A stretch of 64,000 bases of DNA from Hadesarchaea archaeon (GCA_030601675.1 JAUWBN010000003.1:2255-66254); one strand, 5' to 3'; counted from the stretch's first letter, positions 7,577 to 17,304 are shown. Translations and numbers: made by a program. Notes: a model not told the origin generated them from the letters alone.

Positions 7577-8127
7577 CCCCAACGCTTTTGGTGTATGTAG
7601 AGGTTGTTTCCTTTTGTATCGATGGCCACCACGAGCGGTCCGAAGTTTAGAACTCGCAACACCCACAACGCCTCAGCCGTCCCCAGGTCCCGCCACAGCA
7701 CCCTTTCGACCCTTTCGATCGCTTGGGCAGCGAGCACCGCGGCGCCGCCCGTGAATGCTAAATAAACGCAGCCTAGCCGAGCCAGCTCCGCGGCAACCTC
7801 TTCACCGATCCCCCCCTTGCCTATAAGCACCCTCACGCCGGTTCGCCTGACAAATTCCGCCTGCATTCGGTCGAGGCGGGCGCTCGTCGTTGGCCCCCCC
7901 GACAAAATTTGCCAGCTGCGAGGGGTCTTTCTAACAATGGGCCCGCAGTGATAGATAACGGCACCACGAAGGTCAAGGGGCAACCGCTTTCCAGCCCGGA
8001 GGAGTTCAAGCGCTCTGAGGTAGGCCCTATCACGCGCGGTCACGATTCGCCCGTTTATCTTTACGAGTTCGCCGGCGCGCAGCTTCTTGACATCCCGCCC
8101 GCTGAGTGGTGGATTTAGGTTAATCAT
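7570..8127 (-). CDS. fumB: Class I (Fe-S) fumarate hydratase / tartrate dehydratase-type hydro-lyase, beta subunit
   Basis: 185 aa with the motifs IYHCGPIV and LIGKGG, typical of the beta subunit. It follows the alpha subunit gene. Confidence 0.8.
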   Translation of the reverse strand: MINLNPPLSGRDVKKLRAGELVKINGRIVTARDRAYLRALELLRAGKRLPLDLRGAVIYHCGPIVRKTPRSWQILSGGPTTSARLDRMQAEFVRRTGVRVLIGKGGIGEEVAAELARLGCVYLAFTGGAAVLAAQAIERVERVLWRDLGTAEALWVLRVLNFGPLVVAIDTKGNNLYIHQKRWGK

Positions 8128-9026
8128 CAGGGCGCCTCCACCCGCAAGCGCCCGTTAAGGAGCCTAGCACGAGCTCGTCTGGCAGCCCAGCACTGGAGCG
8201 CAACCGCGACTGGAAGGCTCGCGGTGTGGCAGGCGGCTTTCTCCACGTGCACGCCCAGCACCGTCGTTTGACCACCCAGCCCCATGGGGCCGATACCGAG
8301 CCTGTTCGCGGCTTGTGCGATCCGGCGCTCCAGCCTCGCAAGCCCCGCATCCGGGTTTGGTCTGTCCAGAGAACGTAGGAGGGCGCGCTTCGCCAGCACG
8401 GGGGCAACCTCGGCCGAACCCCCGACCCCCACGCCCACGATGGTCGGCGGGCAGGGTTGACCCCCGGCCTCCACGAGTGTCAACAGCACCGCTCGCTCGA
8501 TGGCTTTCCCCCCATCGGCAGGCCGGAGCATGAAAAACCTGCTCCAATTCTCAGCGCCCGCACCCTTGACGAGCAGGTCGATCGAGAGCTTTTTCCCAGG
8601 AATGAGTTCGAGGTGGACAGATGGCTGCTCGATGCCGACGTTGGTGCCGGTGTTCTTGCGGGTGAACGGGTCGACGATGTTTGCGCGCAGCGGCACCTCT
8701 CGCGTGGCTTGGGCGACGGCTTTGTCGAGGGCTTTTTTCAAATCGAAGTTGAGCTTGAGTTCAGAGCCGAGCCGGATGAAAAAGGTGAAGGTGCCGGTGT
8801 CCTGGCAGATGGGCGCTCCAAGCCTTTTTGCCAGTTCGAGATTTTTCAGCATGCAGTCGAGTTGTAGCCTGGCGATGCGGCCTCGTTCGCGCCCCCTGCT
8901 TCGTTTGAGCGCACGCACGATATCTTCTGGCAGGGCAGTTTCGGCGCGTCGAAGCATCTCAACGATGGCGGCTCGAAATTTGGGCTCGGTCAGCATGCAA
9001 TCGAGTTTTGATAAGGTTGGCAACAT
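8127..9026 (-). CDS. fumA: Class I (Fe-S) fumarate hydratase, alpha subunit
   Basis: 299 aa with the motifs CQDTGT and KGAGAEN, typical of the Fe-S hydro-lyase alpha domain. Confidence 0.8.
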   Translation of the reverse strand: MLPTLSKLDCMLTEPKFRAAIVEMLRRAETALPEDIVRALKRSRGRERGRIARLQLDCMLKNLELAKRLGAPICQDTGTFTFFIRLGSELKLNFDLKKALDKAVAQATREVPLRANIVDPFTRKNTGTNVGIEQPSVHLELIPGKKLSIDLLVKGAGAENWSRFFMLRPADGGKAIERAVLLTLVEAGGQPCPPTIVGVGVGGSAEVAPVLAKRALLRSLDRPNPDAGLARLERRIAQAANRLGIGPMGLGGQTTVLGVHVEKAACHTASLPVAVALQCWAARRARARLLNGRLRVEAP

Positions 9027-9046
9027 TATAACTCTAGCGCGGGAAG

Positions 9047-9424
9047 TTGAAACGTGCCCCCATGCGCTTGGTCGATCGAACTACCGGAAAGCTCTTGGCG
9101 AGCGAGGCCGAGCTGGCGGGCACCTTCTGGCGGCGCTTCCGGGGGCTCATGCTCAGGGGCAAGTTCCCACGCGGCGAGGCACTGCTTTTCAGCTTTCATA
9201 AACCGGGCCGCCACGGCGTCCACATGTTTTTTGTAAGGTTCCCCATCGACTTGGTGTATCTGGATTCAGGGTTCAAGGTCGTCGAGGTTCACGCGCGGCT
9301 CAAGCCTTGGCGCATCTACAGGCCCAAGGCGGCGGCGAAGTATCTGGCCGAGCTTCCAGCGGGGACGATTTCTCGTGCGCGCGTGGAGGTCGGGCACAAA
9401 ATTTCACTCGAGGGAAAAAGATAA
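9047..9424 (+). CDS. DUF192-family protein
   Basis: 125 aa. The pattern FWRRFRGLM...H..FVRFPIDLVYLD matches the DUF192 pattern. Confidence 0.6.
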   Translation: MKRAPMRLVDRTTGKLLASEAELAGTFWRRFRGLMLRGKFPRGEALLFSFHKPGRHGVHMFFVRFPIDLVYLDSGFKVVEVHARLKPWRIYRPKAAAKYLAELPAGTISRARVEVGHKISLEGKR

Positions 9425-9459
9425 AACCGATGAAAATAGACTAAATTTGCTGGCCGAGG

Positions 9460-10401
9460 TTGGCGGGGGGACGGAGAGATGAGCAGGTGGACGTCCCCAA
9501 AGCACTGGCCGAAGCGGCTGCACGTCTTGCTTTAGAGATCAATGCGGATGCCATCCTCGCCCTGACCAAAGATGGTAAAAGTTGTAGTCCTCTTTTCAAG
9601 AAGAACTTGTTTGGCACCCACGGGAAGGAGGTAAAAGTGGTACTTGCCACCCCCAGCCATGAAACTTACAAGAGATTCAACAGGAACCCCCACGTAAAAC
9701 TGATTAAGCTCACGGCGCGGGCACAGGGGATATCTGGCCAAGCCCATCATGCAATGGCGTGCGGGTTGCGGGAAGGGATATTTCTCCCAGGGCAGCGTTT
9801 GGTATGCTTGGCGGGGAATGGTTTCGCTGATAGCACCGATGCCCTCCTGGTCCTGCAGGTCTCCAAGCATGAGCCGGTGATGGAGATGGTCGAATCGGAC
9901 CCCGTTCTGGCCGCCGCAACTGAGATATCGCTCGAGCTCGGGAGGGGGACTTCGGGTGGCAAGCCCGTGGGCACGGCGTTCGTGATCGGGGACAGCAAGG
10001 CGGTCCTGAGGCTATCGCACCAACTGATGATCAACCCATTCAAGAGTTACCTGGTGAGCATCGCCGATAGAAAACAATGGGAGCTGATCAAGAGGTACGC
10101 CACTTTTGATGGAGCCTTCGTCGTGGGGGCCGATGGACGCGTCATCGCGGCGGAGCGCTATCTCAACGCGAACGTCAAGTTTGAAATCCCCCATGGTCTG
10201 GGCACGCGGCACCTGGCGGTCGCAGCCATGACCACGGCGACTGGGGCCAGGGGGGTAACGGTCTCCGGGGAAGATGGTGTGGTAAGAATTTTTAGAAGTG
10301 GCAAGCTAGTGGCGAGGATAGACCCGCACAGTGGCATCCTCGAACACCTGCGCGAGGCCTCGAGCCAGCCTGACGTTAAAAGTTTTAGGTCAAAGGCCTG
10401 A
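9460..10401 (+). CDS. dacZ: Diadenylate cyclase DacZ (PK-C-like N-domain plus DAC domain)
   Basis: The C-terminal half carries the DAC motifs DGAFVV and GLGTRH. The N-terminal domain resembles the pyruvate kinase C-terminal-like domain of archaeal DacZ. The start codon is uncertain. Confidence 0.7.
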   Translation: MAGGRRDEQVDVPKALAEAAARLALEINADAILALTKDGKSCSPLFKKNLFGTHGKEVKVVLATPSHETYKRFNRNPHVKLIKLTARAQGISGQAHHAMACGLREGIFLPGQRLVCLAGNGFADSTDALLVLQVSKHEPVMEMVESDPVLAAATEISLELGRGTSGGKPVGTAFVIGDSKAVLRLSHQLMINPFKSYLVSIADRKQWELIKRYATFDGAFVVGADGRVIAAERYLNANVKFEIPHGLGTRHLAVAAMTTATGARGVTVSGEDGVVRIFRSGKLVARIDPHSGILEHLREASSQPDVKSFRSKA

Positions 10402-10419
10402 AGTACTGTTAGGGTTGGG

Positions 10420-12132
10420 ATGCGTTACGCGACTTTAGCTGAGGCCTTTGAGAAGCTGGAGCACACCCCATCTTATCTGAAAAAAAATTCGGTTATCGTC
10501 GAGTTGTTGAAGTGCACGCCGGCCGAGGGGATGGAGCGAGTTATCCTGCTCCTGCTCGGCAGACCTTGGCCCGCTTACATTTCTAAGGAGACCGGCGTTG
10601 GGCTACAGCAGCTCAAGAAGGCGGTCGCGAAGGCGGCAGGTTATTCGGCAGCTGAAGTGGATAAGCTCATGAAGCAGGTCGGCGATCTCGGTGAGGTCGC
10701 CAAGCAACTTCTGGAGAAGAAAAGACAGACGACTCTATCCGTCGAGCAGCTGACGGTGAAAAAGGTCTTCGAGAACGTTAAACAGTTGCCTGAGATCACT
10801 GGTGAGGGCTCGGTGGACCGAAAGATAGCTTCAATCGCCGAACTCTTAACGAGCTCCACCCCGCTCGAGGCTAAGTTCATCGTCCGCACCGTGATCGGCG
10901 ACCTCCGAATAGGTGTGGCGGAGGGAAGGCTCAGGGATGCAATAGCGAGCGCGTTCGGCGTGAAACCAGGGGTGATCGAGCACGCCTACATGCTCACGAC
11001 GGACTACTCGATCGTCGCGAAGGCGGTTGCCACGAGTGGGGAAAAAGGCCTCGAGAAGCTCGGGGTCGCGGTTGGGCACCCCGTGAACCCCATGCTGGCG
11101 CAGCGAGCTGAGACGATCGACGAGGTTCTCGAGCGGATGAAGGGAAAGGCGGCGTTCGAGATAAAGCTCGATGGCATCAGAGTTCAGGTCCACAAGGACG
11201 GCGATAGGATCTCGCTCTTCACGAGGCGGATGGAGGATTACACCAAAATGTTTCCAGATGTCATCGACCCATTGCGTCAAGCGCTGAAACCGAAGCGGGC
11301 GATAGTCGATGGGGAGCTGGTGGCGATCGATAAACGCACGGGGAAGCCCATGCCTTTCCAAGAGGTGCTCAAGCGGCGCCGCAAGTACGAGATCAAGCAG
11401 ACGATCGAACAAATCCCAGTTGAGATCCACCTGTTCGATGTGTTGATGTCGGATGGTAGCGTGATGCTCGATGAACCCTACGTCGAGCGGAGGAAGACGC
11501 TGGAGCGGATCATCAGGGAAGTAAAGGGCAAGGTGATGATGACTGAACAACGGGTCCTCAGCAAGCCAGATGAGATAAAAGAATTCATGAGCAAGTCAAT
11601 CGAGATAGGTCATGAGGGGTTGCTGGCGAAGGATCTTGAGGCGAGTTATCGTGCGGGGCGGCGCGAGTTCGTGTGGCTCAAGCTTAAACCCATGTTGGAG
11701 ACCCTCGACTTGGTCGTGGTCGGGGGGCTCTACGGCAAGGGCAAGCGCGTCGGCTTCTTTGGCAGCTACGTGCTTGCAGCGCGCGATGAGAAGAGCGGGC
11801 GCTACAAGACGGTGACGAAGTGCGGGAGTGGATACACCGATGAGGAGCTGAAAGAGTTCACGAAAATCTTCAAGAAGCTCCAGCTAAAAAAGCCCCATCC
11901 GGATGTTGATATCGAGATCGATTGCGACGCGTACTTTGAGCCCCGAATAGTGTTCGAGACCTATTTCGAGGAAATCCAAAAATCACCAAAATTAAAACAC
12001 ACGAGTAGATTCGGCCTAAGGTTCCCGAGGCTAGTTAGGATAAGAGAAGATAGGCGGGCGGAGGAGGCAAACACGATTAAAGACGTTGCGGGCCTGTACG
12101 AAAGACAGCAGAAAAGGAAGGCAAAAGTTTGA
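10420..12132 (+). CDS. lig: ATP-dependent DNA ligase
   Basis: 570 aa. The adenylation motif I is EIKLDGIRVQ, and the overall layout is typical of archaeal Lig. Confidence 0.9.
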   Translation: MRYATLAEAFEKLEHTPSYLKKNSVIVELLKCTPAEGMERVILLLLGRPWPAYISKETGVGLQQLKKAVAKAAGYSAAEVDKLMKQVGDLGEVAKQLLEKKRQTTLSVEQLTVKKVFENVKQLPEITGEGSVDRKIASIAELLTSSTPLEAKFIVRTVIGDLRIGVAEGRLRDAIASAFGVKPGVIEHAYMLTTDYSIVAKAVATSGEKGLEKLGVAVGHPVNPMLAQRAETIDEVLERMKGKAAFEIKLDGIRVQVHKDGDRISLFTRRMEDYTKMFPDVIDPLRQALKPKRAIVDGELVAIDKRTGKPMPFQEVLKRRRKYEIKQTIEQIPVEIHLFDVLMSDGSVMLDEPYVERRKTLERIIREVKGKVMMTEQRVLSKPDEIKEFMSKSIEIGHEGLLAKDLEASYRAGRREFVWLKLKPMLETLDLVVVGGLYGKGKRVGFFGSYVLAARDEKSGRYKTVTKCGSGYTDEELKEFTKIFKKLQLKKPHPDVDIEIDCDAYFEPRIVFETYFEEIQKSPKLKHTSRFGLRFPRLVRIREDRRAEEANTIKDVAGLYERQQKRKAKV

Positions 12133-12138
12133 TTTAGG

Positions 12139-13560
12139 TTAGCCGAGTTGATCGATTACCCGATCTTCGAGTTTCAGCAAAAATTCCGGGAGCCTCTTTT
12201 CATCCACTTGGGCGCCACAGGCGACGGCGTGCCCACCACCCTCCCCCCCGACAGACCCTGCGGCATCGCGTATCGCCCGCCCCATGTCCAAACCCTTTAG
12301 GAATAGGAGCTTCGAGCATCGCGCGGAAATCTTGGCGGCGCCGCCTTCCCTGATCATACCCACCACGGGCTTGTAGGGGTCGCAGGTCCGATGCCCGATC
12401 GCGAGGCCAGCTATCGTCCCAATGAAGGTCTCCTTTATCTCCCCCGTCGCGTCGAAATATTGCAAGTACCCGCGGCGTCCCCGCTCGAGCCCACTTTGTT
12501 CGATGAATTCCATGCCCTCGGCGATGCAACGTCGGTGATAGCGGAGCAGGTTCAACATCGCACGATAGTAAGTCCCGCGGTCACCTTTGGCTACCTCGAG
12601 ACCTATCAATGGCTGCTCGTGGCGCGCGGTCGAGTTTATGCAGGTCGAGAATTCGTCGGCACCGCGGAGCATCGACCGTTTGTTCTCCTTCAGCAGCGTG
12701 TGGGCCTCGCCGATTATCAGACCCGGCACGTACTGCACGAGTTCCTCCGGCACATTTTTGTAAGCCCGCGCGATCAGCTCCGTTGCCAGCCGGCGTTTTT
12801 CGACATCGGTGAGGTCGACGGGGCGACGCCATCCACCATCGCTCTTGAACGGGATGTCGAGATCCTTGAGCAGGCTCACGCAGCCAGGGGCCGAATTGCT
12901 GACGCCGGGAATCGGGGGGTCTGTGAATAACTCAAGCGCCTTGAAGATCGGTCGGGTGTGCCGTCCGTAAAGCATCAGGTCGATCTTTTGCTCAAGAACC
13001 TTTGAGTCGATGCTATCTTGGGCGATCTGCCGGTTATAGCCGAGCAACTTCCCCCAGGCATTCTGGATGTCGCCAAGTGCGCCGATGATCGCGAGCCCCG
13101 AGAGGTCCCGGTTGGCTTGGTCCAACTCCCGAACGATGAAGTAGGCCATGCCAGCCCCGCTTATCTCCTGCATGCCGTCCAAGCCAAATTGGTGGGCGTT
13201 GAGGTGAACGAGTTCCCGCCAGCCCTCTGTCCGCTCCGGCTCGTGATGGTCGGCGATGATGACGTCATGCCCGGAAAATTTGTCGCGGACATTTTGAAGC
13301 TGGGAGCTGCCGAGGTCGGTGAAAATGGTTAGGTCGGTGGGCTCGAGCTCTTCGACGACCTCTCGATAAAGCATGCGGACGAACCTCGCGTGATGTTCAA
13401 CGTTGTTTCGTTCGAGAGCTTTAGAAATTACCGCGGCCGCGCACACACCATCGGCGTCCATGTGCGAGATGATTTCGATGGAATCGTTTCGGTGTTTTTT
13501 GATCAGCTCTGCGGCTTTTCGCGCGACGGTGAGCATGGAGTTCCCAATTAATCTGTGCAT
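12139..13560 (-). CDS. DHH-family RecJ/Cdc45-like nuclease (GAN-type)
   Basis: 473 aa with the DHH motifs SHMDADG and ADHHEP and a C-terminal GGGH motif. Confidence 0.75.
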   Translation of the reverse strand: MHRLIGNSMLTVARKAAELIKKHRNDSIEIISHMDADGVCAAAVISKALERNNVEHHARFVRMLYREVVEELEPTDLTIFTDLGSSQLQNVRDKFSGHDVIIADHHEPERTEGWRELVHLNAHQFGLDGMQEISGAGMAYFIVRELDQANRDLSGLAIIGALGDIQNAWGKLLGYNRQIAQDSIDSKVLEQKIDLMLYGRHTRPIFKALELFTDPPIPGVSNSAPGCVSLLKDLDIPFKSDGGWRRPVDLTDVEKRRLATELIARAYKNVPEELVQYVPGLIIGEAHTLLKENKRSMLRGADEFSTCINSTARHEQPLIGLEVAKGDRGTYYRAMLNLLRYHRRCIAEGMEFIEQSGLERGRRGYLQYFDATGEIKETFIGTIAGLAIGHRTCDPYKPVVGMIREGGAAKISARCSKLLFLKGLDMGRAIRDAAGSVGGEGGGHAVACGAQVDEKRLPEFLLKLEDRVIDQLG

Positions 13561-13668
13561 GATTTTATTTAAGTCGGAGGGCTGAGAAGTCAGCGGGTGA
13601 AAGGTTGCATACCATTATAGGCATATCGTTCATGATGTGGGAGTTCAACCACAACAGGCGGTGAGGGC

Positions 13669-14688
13669 ATGCGGACGATTGAGCTTCGAGGTAAGAGCGT
13701 GGTGTTAATCGATCAGACGAGGTTGCCGCGGGAGCTGAGGTTGGTGAGGTGCAGGAGTGCGGAAGAATTGGCGAAGGCGATCGAGCGCATGCAAATAAGG
13801 GGGGCTCCGGCGCTCGCCGCGGCGGCAGCGATGGCGCTTGCAGTCACCGCGCTGCGAAGTAAGGCGGGAGGGAGGGTCCAAATGCTTCGCGAGCTCGAGG
13901 CAGCCGCCGCCAGGCTGAGACGGACCCGCCCGACTGGGGTCAACTTGTTCGTCGGCCTGAAGCGCGTGCTCCGGGTAGCTCGTTCTGCACGCGATGTGAG
14001 GGAAATTCGCGCCGCGGTTGTGCGGGAAGCGAAACACATCGCTGACGAGGATGTCGAGGCGAACCACCGGATGGGGAAACATGGAGCGAGATTGCTTAAG
14101 AACGGAGATGTTGTCCTCACGCACTGCAATACCGGAGCGCTCGCGACCGTTGATTACGGTACCGCCCTCGGGGTAGTCCGTACTGCGAGGCACCAAGGAA
14201 AGCGCATCAGAGTCATCGCGACCGAGACCCGACCGTTTTTGCAGGGCGCGCGGCTGACGGCTTGGGAGCTCAAGCGTGAGGGCATCCCGGTCATTGTGAT
14301 CACCGACAGTATGGTGGGGCACGTGATGGCGCAGGATGAAGTGGATGCGGTGCTCGTCGGTGCGGATAGGATCGCAGCAAACGGCGATGTTGCGAACAAA
14401 ATTGGGACGTATTCGATAGCCGTACTCGCCAAGGAACATCGCGTGCCGTTCTACGTCGTTGCCCCGACCAGCACCATCGACCTGAGCGTGCGGAGCGGCA
14501 GGGAAATCCCGATCGAGCAACGCGATGCGAGTGAAGTAGAGTTTATCGGGCGGACCCGAGTGGTGCCCAAAGGGGTTAGGGTACTCAACCCCGCGTTCGA
14601 CATCACGCCCGCGCGCTTGGTGACGGCGATCGTGACCGAGCGAGGTGTGGTGAAGCCGAGCGAGCTAAAGTCACTATTCAAGCGCTAG
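13669..14688 (+). CDS. mtnA: S-methyl-5-thioribose-1-phosphate isomerase-like protein (eIF-2B/MtnA family)
   Basis: 339 aa. The N-terminus (LIDQTRLP...IRGAPA) and the TETRP motif are typical of the MtnA branch. Confidence 0.75.
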   Translation: MRTIELRGKSVVLIDQTRLPRELRLVRCRSAEELAKAIERMQIRGAPALAAAAAMALAVTALRSKAGGRVQMLRELEAAAARLRRTRPTGVNLFVGLKRVLRVARSARDVREIRAAVVREAKHIADEDVEANHRMGKHGARLLKNGDVVLTHCNTGALATVDYGTALGVVRTARHQGKRIRVIATETRPFLQGARLTAWELKREGIPVIVITDSMVGHVMAQDEVDAVLVGADRIAANGDVANKIGTYSIAVLAKEHRVPFYVVAPTSTIDLSVRSGREIPIEQRDASEVEFIGRTRVVPKGVRVLNPAFDITPARLVTAIVTERGVVKPSELKSLFKR

Positions 14689-14906
14689 ACTGCTTCTACC
14701 CGCTTGACCCCGGACACGCGTTCCTTGAGCGTGCGTTCGATGCCCAAAGCCAAGGTCATCGTTGACATCGGGCACCCCACACATGCTCCAACTAGCCTTA
14801 CTTTGACTACGCCTTCCTTGGTGACGTCGACGAGCTCTATGTCTCCACCATCGGCTTGGAGCGCCGGGCGAATCTTGTTCAGAACCGCTTCAACTTTTTT
14901 ACGCAT
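14685..14906 (-). CDS. NifU-like (Nfu C-terminal domain) Fe-S cluster protein
   Basis: 73 aa with [13 protein letters not shown] and the GACVGCPMS CxxC motif. Confidence 0.8.
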   Translation of the reverse strand: MRKKVEAVLNKIRPALQADGGDIELVDVTKEGVVKVRLVGACVGCPMSTMTLALGIERTLKERVSGVKRVEAV

Positions 14907-14963
14907 TTTCTCACTTGAAGATTTTTCTTTTCTCCCCTTTAACGTTTATCGATACAACCTCCA

Positions 14964-16244
14964 TCATGCTCCAAACATCTCGGTTTTTCCCATCAAGTCA
15001 GCGATGATAGGCATAAGATCCTTTCCCAGGATTCTACCCAAACCGCCCCCCGCGGCCGAACGCTCGCCGTAGGTTTTAACCTCATCTGTACGTACACCGG
15101 GGCCGAATATGAGAATCGGCACGGGGTCACCGGTGTGTTTCCTGACGCTCACCGGTGTAGTGTGGTCCACGGCAACCGCGATTAAATCCGTTGCATCGAT
15201 GAATTTGTTCAGCATGGTATCAACGCGCTCGATGAGCTGAATTTTCGCACCCACGTTGCCGTCATGGCTGGCCTCATCAAAACCTTTCACATGCAATATC
15301 ACGAATTCATGGGTTTCAAGTGCCCGTAGCGCGGCCTTCGCCTTCGCATTTAGGTCTGTGTCGACGCTACCGGTTGCACCCGGAACATCGATCACGCTCA
15401 TGCCCGCCAGCCTGCAGACACCCTTCACTAGTGCAGCGGCAGCAACGCATGCACCACGAATCTTAAACCGCTCGTAGAGAGATTTGAGGTTAGGCACAAC
15501 CCCACCACCACGAAGTAAAATGTAGTTTGCAGGGGGGAGCCCTTTCTGAATGCGCTCTTGGTTGAGGGGATGATTTTTAAGAATATCGTGCGCCCTACGA
15601 GAAAAATCGTTCAGCAATCGCACCGTTTTTGAGGCCCTGCGCCGGCGCACGATGTATTTGCGTATGCCGCCAGCGATAGTCGGGAAGGCCAATCCGGGTC
15701 GCTCCGGGGGATGCAGGAGTGGCCTTACCCCAAGGACTTTCCTCCCGACCTCGTGGGGGTCTGAGTCGGTGACTTCGTGCGACAGCCCCTTCCCATGCAG
15801 CACGAGGACGGCGCGGTGGCTGACGGTGCTCCTAAAGACCAACTGTGCGCCGCGGAGTTTGATTTTCTCTATCGCGGCCGAAAGTTCCTCAGTCCCGTGA
15901 ATGCGTCCAGCCCGCCTGTCCTTGACGATAAAGGCGCCGTCCACGGTGGCGTAGTTTGCCCTGAAGGCGACATCTCCAGCCTGAAGTTCGACGTTGGCGC
16001 CCGCGGCCTCAAATGGTCCCCGTCCGGTATAAGTTTCGAAGGGATCGTAACCCAGCAAGGCGAGGTGGGCAGTATCACTTCCTGGAGGGATTCCCGGCGC
16101 GATCGTATCCATCAGGCCGCAGATCCCCCGCTTGGCCAGCCAATCCATGTTTGGTTTTTTTGCTATTTCGAGCGGCGTTCGGTTGGCGAGCTTTGGTACC
16201 GGGCGATCCGCCATGCCGTCGCAGATGAGCATTAGGGTTTTCAA
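14964..16244 (-). CDS. apgM: Cofactor-independent phosphoglycerate mutase, archaeal type
   Basis: 426 aa. The N-terminus LMLICDGMADRP and overall similarity fit ApgM. Confidence 0.8.
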   Translation of the reverse strand: MKTLMLICDGMADRPVPKLANRTPLEIAKKPNMDWLAKRGICGLMDTIAPGIPPGSDTAHLALLGYDPFETYTGRGPFEAAGANVELQAGDVAFRANYATVDGAFIVKDRRAGRIHGTEELSAAIEKIKLRGAQLVFRSTVSHRAVLVLHGKGLSHEVTDSDPHEVGRKVLGVRPLLHPPERPGLAFPTIAGGIRKYIVRRRRASKTVRLLNDFSRRAHDILKNHPLNQERIQKGLPPANYILLRGGGVVPNLKSLYERFKIRGACVAAAALVKGVCRLAGMSVIDVPGATGSVDTDLNAKAKAALRALETHEFVILHVKGFDEASHDGNVGAKIQLIERVDTMLNKFIDATDLIAVAVDHTTPVSVRKHTGDPVPILIFGPGVRTDEVKTYGERSAAGGGLGRILGKDLMPIIADLMGKTEMFGA

Positions 16245-16296
16245 ATTTTCACCCCATCACGAAAAGAATACTAATGTGGGGCAATAAAAACAATTG

Positions 16297-16374
16297 GGGC
16301 CCGTGGTCTAGCCTGGATAAGACATCTGGCTTCGGACCAGAAAATCGAGGGTTCGAATCCCTCCGGGCCCGCCA
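16297..16374 (+). tRNA. tRNA-Arg (anticodon TCG), CCA encoded, no intron
   Basis: Hand-folded cloverleaf: acceptor GGGCCCG/CGGGCCC, D arm GTCT-AGCCTGGATA-AGAC, anticodon arm TCTGG-CTTCGGA-CCAGA, T arm GAGGG-TTCGAAT-CCCTC, discriminator G, then CCA. Confidence 0.9.
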
Positions 16375-16661
16375 CCCACAAAACTTTTAGTCCAAAATTG
16401 GAGTGTTGGGAGGTTCAAACATGGCAACAGGGAGGGGACCTCCAAATCCAAGAGGTTTCGACAATCGGGGAGGCTGCCGACCCAATGCTGGAGACTGTGT
16501 AGCCATGTTACACCGTTATCAAGATTTGGAATTGACAAAAGGGGTTTTTAATAGGTCAAAATTTCTATTTCAAGGTTTTAAAACGATAATTTTAAATATC
16601 GACTGTTTAAACCTAAAAACGTCTAAAGCGTTTGAATAAGGCGAAAAGGAGGTGAAAATGA

Positions 16662-17111
16662 ATGGAGAAAAAAACATTTATTTATCTTGGGCTTATCGGC
16701 GGTATCTTAGCGGCGGTTGGGGTCTTCCTCGAGTGGGCATCAATATCGGTGAACATTCCAGGCGTCTTCACATATTCAGCATCAGCATCAGGGTGGGATG
16801 CTACAGCAGGGATGGCTGCACCATACCTTGCTCTAGCAGGCGGCATCCTCGCGTTGCTAGGTGGTCTCGGGCTACTAATGGGTAAGAGGGGCCTCGGCTT
16901 CTTGCTCCCCATAGGCGGGATACTCGCCATCGCAGGTTCGGCTTGGGCCTTTGTCGATATCAACGCTGCGATAGCGGGAGTGGCAGCGGTAATAGTACAG
17001 ATAGAGGCCCTTGGCGGATCGGCATCAGTAGGTGTCGGCTATGGTCTCTACCTATCTATCGTCGGCGGCGTAATGGCCCTAATTGGCTCGCTCGGCCTGA
17101 AGGGAAAGTAA
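16662..17111 (+). CDS. Small Gly/Ala-rich polytopic membrane protein, unknown function
   Basis: 149 aa with 4-5 hydrophobic segments. A strong SD (aaggaggtga) precedes the ATG, and a hairpin terminator follows. Confidence 0.6.
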   Translation: MEKKTFIYLGLIGGILAAVGVFLEWASISVNIPGVFTYSASASGWDATAGMAAPYLALAGGILALLGGLGLLMGKRGLGFLLPIGGILAIAGSAWAFVDINAAIAGVAAVIVQIEALGGSASVGVGYGLYLSIVGGVMALIGSLGLKGK

Positions 17112-17150
17112 ACCCGCTAACACGCCACTAAGCGGGTTTTTTAATTTTTT
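17112..17150 (+). terminator. Hairpin plus T-tracts
   Basis: acccgct (17112-17118) pairs with agcgggt (17131-17137), followed by tttttt aa tttttt. Confidence 0.55.
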
Positions 17151-17208
17151 AATTATTTACTGTGGGAAATCGAGCACGCTTTTTGGTGAGTTATAACATA
17201 CAGTCAAG

Positions 17209-17304
17209 GGGCCGGTAGTCTAGCCTGGATTACGCAAAAACGTCCAGAGAGGACGCGAGCCTCCGGAGCTTGCGGCACGGGTTCGAATCCCGTCCGGCCC
17301 GCCA
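17209..17304 (+). tRNA. tRNA-Arg (anticodon CCG) with an 18-nt insertion/non-canonical intron in the D-loop, CCA encoded
   Basis: Acceptor GGGCCGG/CCGGCCC, anticodon arm CGAGC-CTCCGGA-GCTTG (CCG at 17263-17265), T arm ACGGG-TTCGAAT-CCCGT. The D stem GTCT...GGAC closes only if about 17233-17250 (cgcaaaaacgtccagaga) is removed. Confidence 0.7.

Noticed and set aside
7434-7754. 106-aa plus-strand ORF (and the similar 6233-6421 ORF) sharing the peptide DIPEA.RG..IIPFAF
   Set aside because: The shared peptide is only the off-frame translation of the duplicated terminator repeat. Both ORFs run through hairpin/T-tract sequence and into the convergent fumB gene.
8120-8547. Several 66-136-aa ORFs in alternative frames and strands within the fumarate hydratase genes (e.g. 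8164-8547, 8315-8533, 8457-8867, 8500-9201)
   Set aside because: These are Arg/Pro/Gly-rich translations typical of off-frame reading of GC-rich coding DNA. They overlap the recognisable fumA/fumB frames.
10846-11550. 234-aa ORF antisense to DNA ligase
   Set aside because: It is a long antisense open frame in GC-rich sequence. The ligase frame carries the KxDG and other motifs.
12391-12930. 179-aa ORF antisense to the RecJ/GAN-like gene
   Set aside because: It lies fully inside a gene with DHH motifs and has no motif or start context of its own.
13705-14520. 271-aa ORF antisense to the MtnA-like gene
   Set aside because: It has no recognisable motif and an R/P-rich off-frame composition. 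It lies entirely within a confident eIF-2B-family gene.
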